The notes beneath the pieces were generated by a model. The model had not been told where the DNA came from, did no database searches, and saw nothing but the letters and a program-made list of their open reading frames with translations. Positions 27,987 through 35,358 of a stretch of DNA of 64,000 nucleotides are shown here, in pieces. The first letter of the stretch is position 1, and each line of letters starts with the position of its first letter. This DNA comes from Candidatus Saccharimonadales bacterium (GTDB lineage: Bacteria > Patescibacteriota > Saccharimonadia > Saccharimonadales > SZUA-47): contig JBGSRU010000002.1 in NCBI GenBank assembly GCA_041737385.1, positions 461,437 to 525,436 on the forward strand, written 5' to 3'. The position numbers and the translations under genes were made by a program.

Positions 27987-28013
27987 TTTTTTGTTTTTTT
28001 AGCTATCTAATTA

Positions 28014-28042
28014 ATAATAACATAAAATACCATTTTAAGCAA
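28014..28042 (-). promoter_or_regulatory. putative promoter of the 341-aa orphan gene
   Basis: Minus strand reads TTGCTT (28042-28037), a 17-nt spacer, then TATTAT (28019-28014). An A-rich leader ends in AAAAAAATG. Confidence 0.4.
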
Positions 28043-28053
28043 TATTTTCTTTT

Positions 28054-28338
28054 TTACAATTTAATTGTTTCTCTTGCTTCTACAACTGATGAAGATCCTA
28101 CTACTTTCGGTATATAGCCTGATGAAACTTTGCTTACCAAACCGTCATGAGAAACAATATATGCGGAACTGCCTATAGAAAGCTTACCCAAAATATTTGC
28201 ACCTCCTCTAGACTCTTGAACAAACAAAAATCCGTCATCGAAAGACTTTGAAAGTACCAATACAGTACTTGAGCTTTCACTAGTAAAGTCGTGACCTTCA
28301 AACGATGAAATACTTGTGATTGCCTCTGTTTCAGTCAT
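28054..28338 (-). CDS. small hypothetical protein
   Basis: 94-aa ORF whose start overlaps the upstream methyltransferase stop by 8 nt. Ser-rich, no family recognised. Confidence 0.4.
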   Translation of the reverse strand: MTETEAITSISSFEGHDFTSESSSTVLVLSKSFDDGFLFVQESRGGANILGKLSIGSSAYIVSHDGLVSKVSSGYIPKVVGSSSVVEARETIKL

Positions 28339-29617
28339 GTTTTTCTTCCGATTTTGGCTCTAAAACTATCAGTGATTCTATGTGTGGAGTTCGGGGAAAG
28401 AAGTTGTAGCCTTGTGCATAGGTAATTTTGTACTGCTCTAGCAGATATTTAACATCTCTCGCTTGGGTGCTTGGATTACACGATAGATATAAAATTTTCG
28501 GAGGTAGTACGTCAAGAATTGCGTCTATCATTCTACTGTGCAATCCAGCTCTTGGTGGATCAACTATTAGAGCTTTATCTGGTGAAATATACTCTGTGGC
28601 ACTTTCCGAGGAGGCATGTACTACTTTATGGCTACCCTCTGCCGACTGAACGTTCTTTTTCATCATTTTGATATTTACATTGTCTGATTCAACCAATATT
28701 TCGGAGCCGACTGCAATGCCGATTGTGCCCACGCCAGAATACATATCGACGGATTCGAGGTCACCAATTTGATCCTTAATCACTGTTAATGCTTGTTCAA
28801 AAATAGGTAAATTTACTTGGAAGAATGATCGCACGTCGTAGTTAATGTTTTGCCCGAGTATCGTGTCAGAAAGCCGTATATCACCAACAGAGACCAGTTT
28901 TTTCGTTGCAACACTTGCAGGACTTTTAGGATCAGACAGGAAAAAATCTATGCCATTTATACAGTCTGGCATCTCAAATTTGGAAACATCTATTTCTTCT
29001 TTCATGAATAGCGTTGCCACTGTTTCACCTGACTGTGACGCGCGTACAAGCAATGTTTTAAGTTTACCGCCCCAAACACCAATTCGCTCCAGCTCAGCGC
29101 TTACTGCTCGGGCTGAGTCGTTAATCGCTTCTTTGGCAAGAATACTACCCTCTATAATCTGCTTGCCGCTAGAGCCTCTTACGTAATGAGCCATGTGTAG
29201 ACCGCCGTCGTCACCCCAAAAACCAAACTCCATTTTGTTTCTATAGTGATACTGTTCTTTACTTGAGACGAACGGTTGCCAAGAAGTTTCTGACATCCCT
29301 TCTCTCGCAAATGAGTCATCGAGTATTGACTGTTTCGCACTATTTTCAGCATCATAGGTAACTATCTGCCATGGGCTGGTAGATAAGTAGCTTAATGGTT
29401 CCTTTGGTTCTATTCGATCTTTAGATGGTGTATGAACTTTAGTGACGATACCTTCAAGATATGAACTCTTCTTTTTTGTGATGCGCACATCAACTACTTC
29501 TCCCGGCAATCCGCCCCAAACAAAAAGCTTCTTGCCTTCTTCAGTCTGCGCGATACACTGTCCGCCGTGGACGAACTTACCTAATGTTAGGCTCTCTTTA
29601 ATAATCTCTTTTTTCAT
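28331..29617 (-). CDS. 23S rRNA (uracil-5)-methyltransferase, RlmD/RumA/TrmA family
   Basis: N-terminal TRAM-like OB (GGQCIAQTEEGKKLFVWGGLPGEVVDVRITKKK) and MTase motifs DMYSGVGTIG, DPPRAGL, YLSCNPSTQARD. Confidence 0.85.
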   Translation of the reverse strand: MKKEIIKESLTLGKFVHGGQCIAQTEEGKKLFVWGGLPGEVVDVRITKKKSSYLEGIVTKVHTPSKDRIEPKEPLSYLSTSPWQIVTYDAENSAKQSILDDSFAREGMSETSWQPFVSSKEQYHYRNKMEFGFWGDDGGLHMAHYVRGSSGKQIIEGSILAKEAINDSARAVSAELERIGVWGGKLKTLLVRASQSGETVATLFMKEEIDVSKFEMPDCINGIDFFLSDPKSPASVATKKLVSVGDIRLSDTILGQNINYDVRSFFQVNLPIFEQALTVIKDQIGDLESVDMYSGVGTIGIAVGSEILVESDNVNIKMMKKNVQSAEGSHKVVHASSESATEYISPDKALIVDPPRAGLHSRMIDAILDVLPPKILYLSCNPSTQARDVKYLLEQYKITYAQGYNFFPRTPHIESLIVLEPKSEEKHD

Positions 29618-29636
29618 ATTTCAACCTCATTGTAAC

Positions 29637-29667
29637 AAAAATCTCCTCGCGCGGATGAGGAGATTTT
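29637..29667 (-). terminator. strong intrinsic (bidirectional) terminator after the heliorhodopsin gene
   Basis: Perfect 11-12 bp inverted repeat aaaaatctcctc / gaggagatttt around an 8-nt loop gcgcggat. U-rich tract on the minus-strand transcript (GAGGAGAUUUUUGUU). Confidence 0.8.
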
Positions 29668-29688
29668 CATTGTTTATCGATACTAAAG

Positions 29689-30666
29689 TTACGGCCGCAA
29701 TGCGCCAGCAAACACTTGCCAAGCAAGCGCTGATTTAGCAACTAGAGAAAGAACCATATAGGCCTTTTCACCGAATATATAGTCTGTCCAGCGACCTTTG
29801 CCCTTGTACTGTAGATACATATTGACGGCAAAACTGCTGAAGAATACGAACATGCTGCCAAAAATATAGTAAACAAATGTTGGAATCTCACCTGCACCAT
29901 ATTGATTTGAGCCCCATAAATATAAACCGATAACTATCCATGGGAGTAATCCAACGATTGTACCAACATTGAAGCTAATCCAACTTGTTTTAGCTGTCGT
30001 TTGGTTGTGTATCTCCATAATCAACCCACATAGATTCATGACGAGCGTTGCTCCGAAGATCAGAATCAGTGTTGATAGATCAGAGACACCTACAAGATAT
30101 GCAATGCCGACCATCATAGTGCTCGCACTGATACCGTATTCATACCAACGAGCTTTGTTGATACCTTTTTCTAGATTAGCTTCGTATTTTTTACGATAGA
30201 TAGTTGCAATGTACAGGTGTGCGATTGCTGACATGAAGAAAAATGCAGCGACGAGGTATGAAAGGTTAACGTCAAACAGGTGTCTCGTTGCTGGAACCAA
30301 AACAGGTTCTGCTCCCCCGCTGCTGATCGTATCAACCGTTAGATAGTTGGTAGTAACTGGAAACAGACTGTCGCTTCTACTTAGAAGCACTACTGCAAGA
30401 CCTTGTGCTGCGTGCAGCGTAGCCATTGCCCAGTTCCATGCGTTTAATTGTTTAAACTTATCGGTTACTTTCTTCACAGTAGTGACTTTCGTCGCTTTTG
30501 TAGTTGTCTTCGCTAATTGAGTTTTCTTTGCTGTTTTAGCAGTCGACTTTACTGCGGTACTTGCTGATTTAGTTGTTTTTTTAGCAGCTGGTTTATTAGC
30601 TTTTGCTTTAGAAGGAACTTTTTTAGTTGTTGATTTTTTCTTGCGGGGTGTAGTTGTTGTAGCCAT
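29689..30666 (-). CDS. heliorhodopsin with Lys/Thr/Ala-rich N-terminal extension
   Basis: Seven hydrophobic segments. RWYEYGISASTMM and YLQYKGKGRWTDYIFGEKAYMVLSLVAKSALAWQVFAGALRP match, from memory, the signature TM3 (counter-ion Glu) and TM7 (Schiff-base Lys in SLVAKSALAW) of heliorhodopsin 48C12. The first ~63 aa hold 18 Lys + 1 Arg and no acidic residue. Confidence 0.85.
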   Translation of the reverse strand: MATTTTPRKKKSTTKKVPSKAKANKPAAKKTTKSASTAVKSTAKTAKKTQLAKTTTKATKVTTVKKVTDKFKQLNAWNWAMATLHAAQGLAVVLLSRSDSLFPVTTNYLTVDTISSGGAEPVLVPATRHLFDVNLSYLVAAFFFMSAIAHLYIATIYRKKYEANLEKGINKARWYEYGISASTMMVGIAYLVGVSDLSTLILIFGATLVMNLCGLIMEIHNQTTAKTSWISFNVGTIVGLLPWIVIGLYLWGSNQYGAGEIPTFVYYIFGSMFVFFSSFAVNMYLQYKGKGRWTDYIFGEKAYMVLSLVAKSALAWQVFAGALRP

Positions 30667-30727
30667 GGAAGAAATAATAGCATAGTTTGAGTCACACTGT
30701 AAGTGAACTTAACTCGGAAGCCCAGAG

Positions 30728-31990
30728 TTATATATTAATTTCAGCATCAAGTATTTCTTGTAAAAGCGAAATTATTTCATTTGGTCCAGCAGCGAGAGTA
30801 GTTGCAATAAGTTTTCTTGGTAATATATTATTGCCTTCAGGATCATCTGTATTTGCATCAACTGAGCTGTTCCAGTTTCCGCCAACTGATGCAATCGCTG
30901 CTGATATGGCTCTGGTAGCTGATACCGCAGACGATGTAGTATTGATATTATTGTCATCGTCATAAACACTTAAAACAGTCCACTGTGCGGTTAATCCCGG
31001 ATAGCCATCGCCAGCGAATACTGTACCGTCTTTAAGCTGATTATACTCACCATAATTGTCTAGCACAGGATATGTTGCTCCCGCTCCGGTGTTCCATGAT
31101 GTCGGTTCACCTGATAATTTCTTTAGAGATGAACAACACCCACCCGAACTAGCCGAACCACGAGCATCGGTAAATAAGACGAACTGAATGTCTGTTGCGC
31201 CGCTCAAATCTAATGCATCTCCAGGTCCATATACTGAGCCAAGTCGCATGCGTGCTAGTGATCCTGGCAAATGATCTTGAAAATCAGACGTAGATGAGCT
31301 GCCAGGTCCGTATCGTCTATCCCAGTTTGTGGCTGTTGTTTTATCACGAGTAAATGACACGGTTACATCGTATTTATGTTCTTGATTAAAGTTATTGGTT
31401 CCATATTGCAGGACAGCCACTTCAGCAGTTGGTGCGTTATCAATAATGTAGTTTATTGATGCGTCTACTGTGCTTTTACTCTGTAACCATTCAGATTCAC
31501 TCATAGAACCGGAATTATCCACAATAAATATAAACCGAACACTCGTATTACTGCCCGATGTATACGTTATCTTACCCTGAATTTCACGACTGTACAGAAG
31601 TTTTGCTTTGTTCTTTGTGTATACTCTACCAACACCCGCTATGTCCTGCTGGGTATTTGCTGTATTTGAAAAGCCTTTATGAATCACTTCGTATGTGATT
31701 TCATGTAGATCAGTCGTATAGAGCGTTGTTTCAGCGGTACCAAGGTAATTTAAGTCAATCTCATACTGCTCCTTGGCAAAGTCCATCGCTGATACGCTTG
31801 CTAATTGTGCTTCACGAATGAGTTCTTGGTTGAGTGTAGTCCGATATGCCTGAGTAGCAGCTACAATTGTAAGAGCACTAAACATAAAAACTATCGGTAT
31901 AAAGGTGATAATTGTTATCATCACGAATCCTTTTTCGTTCTTTTTGCTTTGTGTGCACTTTTCAGATTGGTTTGTGTATAAAAATTTCAT
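30728..31990 (-). CDS. prepilin-signal-like protein with vWA domain
   Basis: Leader MKFLYTNQSEKCTQSKKNEKG followed by FVMITIITFIPIVF (Thr, not Glu, at +5). MIDAS motif FIVDNSGSMS and a downstream LFTDA. 1-nt stop/start overlap (TAATG) with the upstream pilin gene. Confidence 0.7.
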   Translation of the reverse strand: MKFLYTNQSEKCTQSKKNEKGFVMITIITFIPIVFMFSALTIVAATQAYRTTLNQELIREAQLASVSAMDFAKEQYEIDLNYLGTAETTLYTTDLHEITYEVIHKGFSNTANTQQDIAGVGRVYTKNKAKLLYSREIQGKITYTSGSNTSVRFIFIVDNSGSMSESEWLQSKSTVDASINYIIDNAPTAEVAVLQYGTNNFNQEHKYDVTVSFTRDKTTATNWDRRYGPGSSSTSDFQDHLPGSLARMRLGSVYGPGDALDLSGATDIQFVLFTDARGSASSGGCCSSLKKLSGEPTSWNTGAGATYPVLDNYGEYNQLKDGTVFAGDGYPGLTAQWTVLSVYDDDNNINTTSSAVSATRAISAAIASVGGNWNSSVDANTDDPEGNNILPRKLIATTLAAGPNEIISLLQEILDAEINI

Positions 31991-32796
31991 TAGTTGATTT
32001 TCCTTATTGTGTGATTAACCACTGTCTGAACGTCCTTACCAAACACTTTGTCGCCTAAGGTCAGCTCGATTTCTATCTTATCTGCTGCTGATGGAAACGG
32101 CGTCTCAACGTTGCCTTCTGCAAAATATTTGACAGTAAAATCTAATACATTTTCACTTAATGGAGAATCTTTGCCGGTGCAATTGCCGGTACCAACAAAC
32201 GATGCTGGACAGGTTGTTCCTTTCGCTAGTCCACGACACGTTGCTGTTTCCGGAGCGCATGGATTTCCTGTTGTAAGGTCGATGCTACATAGTGGATATG
32301 CCGGTACAATAGTGCGCTTGTATAAAGTCGAGTATCTATTTGCTGTGTTAGGTCTCACAAAATAAAAGACATTATTTATGGCAAGCGGATTAGCCGTAAT
32401 GCTCGATGAGCTACAGTTATTGACACGTTGCCTAATTATATTTCGACTATCATCTCTTCTAGCCGTATCAATTGATATCTCGTTAATGATTAGTGTTTGC
32501 GGGTCTGTATTGTACGTCAATCCACCCGATGGTGCATTTGGATCTGATAGCCTTCCTTCAAGACTTTCTCCATAAGCGATAGTAAATAATAACTCATCCT
32601 GCAAATTTATAAGTATCGTTTGTCCACTTGCTCGAAGAGTTGTACGTGCTGATTCTGCAAGTGTACTGGCATATTGAGTGAACAGCGCACTAACAAGAAT
32701 AATCACTACTATCGATACGAGTGGCAAAGCGATCATTATTTCAACTAGCGAGTAACCACTTTGATAATTTTCATGCTTAGAATTTTTGTGTGTCAT
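31990..32796 (-). CDS. type IV pilin-like / pseudopilin protein
   Basis: Class III signal MTHKNSKHENYQSG followed by YSLVEIMIALPLVSIVVIIL (Glu at +5). 268 aa. Confidence 0.75.
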   Translation of the reverse strand: MTHKNSKHENYQSGYSLVEIMIALPLVSIVVIILVSALFTQYASTLAESARTTLRASGQTILINLQDELLFTIAYGESLEGRLSDPNAPSGGLTYNTDPQTLIINEISIDTARRDDSRNIIRQRVNNCSSSSITANPLAINNVFYFVRPNTANRYSTLYKRTIVPAYPLCSIDLTTGNPCAPETATCRGLAKGTTCPASFVGTGNCTGKDSPLSENVLDFTVKYFAEGNVETPFPSAADKIEIELTLGDKVFGKDVQTVVNHTIRKIN

Positions 32797-32797
32797 A

Positions 32798-34321
32798 TTA
32801 ATCAGTCAATCCATATTTTCTTACATACGACACATACTCTACTTTGTATCGCTGATCAAAAGCATCATATTCAATTACCGAAGTAATTTTGAGTAGGGTT
32901 GGATTATCAACGTCTCCATCAGAATCAGAATCAACATAATTACCTGGTGTTGTTGATGATGTTGTTGATGAGTTTATGATAAGTCTTGGAGCCGGATACC
33001 TTGTTGCAATTCTCCTACCATTACCCGAAACATATGAAATGCCGATCGCAATATTATTTCCTGGAACCCAGCCTGGACGGTTTACTATTTCTTGAATAAT
33101 GCTTGTTATATTAACCTCAGTATTTGTATTATTTTGTCCAGCAGACCAGTTTGGGGGGCTCCATGTGACTGACGCGACTGTACCAACCTTTCCATCGGTC
33201 GCAATTGAATCAATTGCTCTATCTACACCATACGCCCCTGACCACACGGGAGCAGTGTCTGCATTTACCGCTTTAATAAGCATCGTAACGCCACCGGATT
33301 GAGACGATTGAGAAGTAAAGTTCAAATAAGCATTGGTAATCGTTGCACCTTGAGTTGCTGTAACCCCATCAAACGTGATTCCCGTAGATTGGCGTCCACG
33401 GTTTCCATCGGTTGTAAATTCTATTGGAGAGTCACTGAAATAAAGTTGTCCTGGAGAAACAGCTGCATCAGTGCCATGTTGCTCAACGGTATCACCGCTC
33501 TGACCTGCTGAAAAAGCTTCAAGTTCAGATATTACCGCAAAGTTGTTGTTTTCTGCATTGACAAAATATAAGCGCCAGTGCCTGAACGCAGTAGTGTTTG
33601 AGCTAACATCAATCACTTGAGGGTACTCACCGCTTACACAGGGAAAAGGACCATTGTCGGCTAAGCCACTCCGAATTGTCGTCCATCCGTTGTTGTTTGA
33701 GGGTGAGTTATTTTTTGCCTCAATACGAAAGTTACTTGCTCCATACCCACAGGCATACCAGTTTATGCGAATTGAAGCAACCGTCTGTGCCGATCCAAGA
33801 TCAATTGACGGTGAAGCAAGGTTATCCGGATTATTAGCGTATCGGCTGTAGGTATAATTTGTATATATGTTATCTCTGATCTGAGATAGATTAAACCAAT
33901 CGCCTGTTGCATCGTGTTGATTAATACTGTTGATTTCTGGACCTGTTACGTAGGCTGTATCACTACTTACAGATTGAGAAAATGTTTGTGTTGTTGTGGT
34001 TGGAGGAGATATGACACTTGCAGGTTCAGCGTAGACTTTTGCGGTGGCATTTTTGAGTAATTCTGACGCTGCTTCACCAGAAAAATCCTCAACCTCATAA
34101 GTATTTGCTACATCGCCAATCGGAACATTGTCGTATTCTAAATTAATATAGTCTTGTACTTTTTTAAAAGCGAGAGACCCTGCAGTTGCACGTAAATTTG
34201 ACTTGGCGTTTAGTGTTGAAGCATTAATAACAATGGAGCTAATAACTGTAAGCAGTAAGGACAAGAGAAGTAACGATACAAGCAACTCTACAATAGTAAA
34301 ACCGTTATTTTTTTTGTGCAT
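32798..34321 (-). CDS. large modular type IV pilin-like protein with discoidin (F5/8 type C)-like module
   Basis: Class III signal MHKKNNG followed by FTIVELLVSLLLLSLLL. Central segment IDLGSAQTVASIRINWY...NFRIEAKNN...GWTTI...WRLYFVNAENNNFAVISELEAF resembles discoidin/galactose-binding-like domains. A further beta-rich C-terminal module follows. Confidence 0.75.
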   Translation of the reverse strand: MHKKNNGFTIVELLVSLLLLSLLLTVISSIVINASTLNAKSNLRATAGSLAFKKVQDYINLEYDNVPIGDVANTYEVEDFSGEAASELLKNATAKVYAEPASVISPPTTTTQTFSQSVSSDTAYVTGPEINSINQHDATGDWFNLSQIRDNIYTNYTYSRYANNPDNLASPSIDLGSAQTVASIRINWYACGYGASNFRIEAKNNSPSNNNGWTTIRSGLADNGPFPCVSGEYPQVIDVSSNTTAFRHWRLYFVNAENNNFAVISELEAFSAGQSGDTVEQHGTDAAVSPGQLYFSDSPIEFTTDGNRGRQSTGITFDGVTATQGATITNAYLNFTSQSSQSGGVTMLIKAVNADTAPVWSGAYGVDRAIDSIATDGKVGTVASVTWSPPNWSAGQNNTNTEVNITSIIQEIVNRPGWVPGNNIAIGISYVSGNGRRIATRYPAPRLIINSSTTSSTTPGNYVDSDSDGDVDNPTLLKITSVIEYDAFDQRYKVEYVSYVRKYGLTD

Positions 34322-34328
34322 TATAGTT

Positions 34329-34334
34329 ATTATA
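34329..34334 (-). promoter_or_regulatory. -10 box (TATAAT) 7 nt upstream of the pilin-operon ATG
   Basis: Minus strand reads TATAAT-aactata-ATG. The -35 region is poor (GTGATT). Implies a leaderless or near-leaderless transcript. Confidence 0.4.
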
Positions 34335-34425
34335 AGCTAAAGCACTATAAAAATCACGAATATGCACAGATTAGCACAAGATTAATTTCAGTAATTACAC
34401 AGAGCAATGTGGCTGCAGTTCAACC

Positions 34426-34728
34426 TTACTCACTAACTTCGACACCGTTCCAGAATGCATAATGGTTTGAGAAATCTTTTTTTACTCGTTCAATTGCACT
34501 AGGTAGCGGAGACGCGTAGCGAAAGGCTGCATCTTTTGCTGTTTGGCCGTCAACAGTAACATCATAATACGTGCATTCACCTTTCCACGGACATGTATAC
34601 GGGGTATCTGATTGTTTGAAATACTCCATGTTCAGTGAGTCACCTGGAAAATACCAATTTCCTTCAATGTAAATTAAATCTTCTTTATTTGCTTCAGCAA
34701 CAACTTGATCGTTCCAGACTGCTTTCAT
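34426..34728 (-). CDS. DUF427 domain protein
   Basis: 100 aa. VWNDQVVAEA...IYIEGNWYFP...CPWKGECTYYDV matches the DUF427 pattern as I recall it. Confidence 0.65.
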   Translation of the reverse strand: MKAVWNDQVVAEANKEDLIYIEGNWYFPGDSLNMEYFKQSDTPYTCPWKGECTYYDVTVDGQTAKDAAFRYASPLPSAIERVKKDFSNHYAFWNGVEVSE

Positions 34729-34797
34729 CTTCTACTCCTTGTTTAAGTGACTACTTAAACATTGTATCAGACTCAAGAGTGTAATATCATACTGCTT

Positions 34798-35358
34798 ATG
34801 AATAAAAAATCAATTTCTAAAAACGGACAAAACAACTTATCGCTCACACGCACTGCTCGTACACTTTTCTTTTTTGTAAGTATTTTTGCTTCTTCAATCG
34901 TCACCTTCACGAGTAGCAATCTCATTTTTGGCGAGGCTATAACAAATCGTTGGATCTTATTTTCAGCATTATTACTCGCTACAATTATTGCGTGGGTTAT
35001 TGGCTATAAGTCAAAAACTTCGTTTAAACGTATTGCTACCCTAATACTCAGCGCTGTGTTAATTATCTTTGCTGGATTCATGACCTATTACGAACGTGGT
35101 ATGGCGAGCAATTCAACTTTATTTTATGCATTGCCGCTACTTGTAGTCGCAACCTTAAAAAATCGTCATCTGTTACTCGCAACGGCCGGCTTATCAGCCG
35201 GTACTTATGCACTTGCGTCTGTAAAATATTTTAACGATTTCTTTAATGAAGGCTACAAAGTTCAATTGTGGGGCAATATAGTGCTTTACGCAGGAACTAT
35301 ATTCACCGTTGCATGGCTGATTATGATTCTCACTAATCTTCGCAAAGACTCTGAATAA
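34798..35358 (+). CDS. hypothetical multi-pass membrane protein
   Basis: About 5 hydrophobic segments. Start placed at ATG 34798 (MNKKSISK); the track start 34762 is a TTG. Stop abuts the lysS stop. Confidence 0.5.
   Translation: MNKKSISKNGQNNLSLTRTARTLFFFVSIFASSIVTFTSSNLIFGEAITNRWILFSALLLATIIAWVIGYKSKTSFKRIATLILSAVLIIFAGFMTYYERGMASNSTLFYALPLLVVATLKNRHLLLATAGLSAGTYALASVKYFNDFFNEGYKVQLWGNIVLYAGTIFTVAWLIMILTNLRKDSE

Noticed and set aside
28054-28338. Roadblock/LC7-like assignment for the 94-aa protein
   Set aside because: The resemblance rests on one short motif (IVSHDGLV) in the wrong part of the domain. That is insufficient evidence, so it is annotated only as hypothetical.
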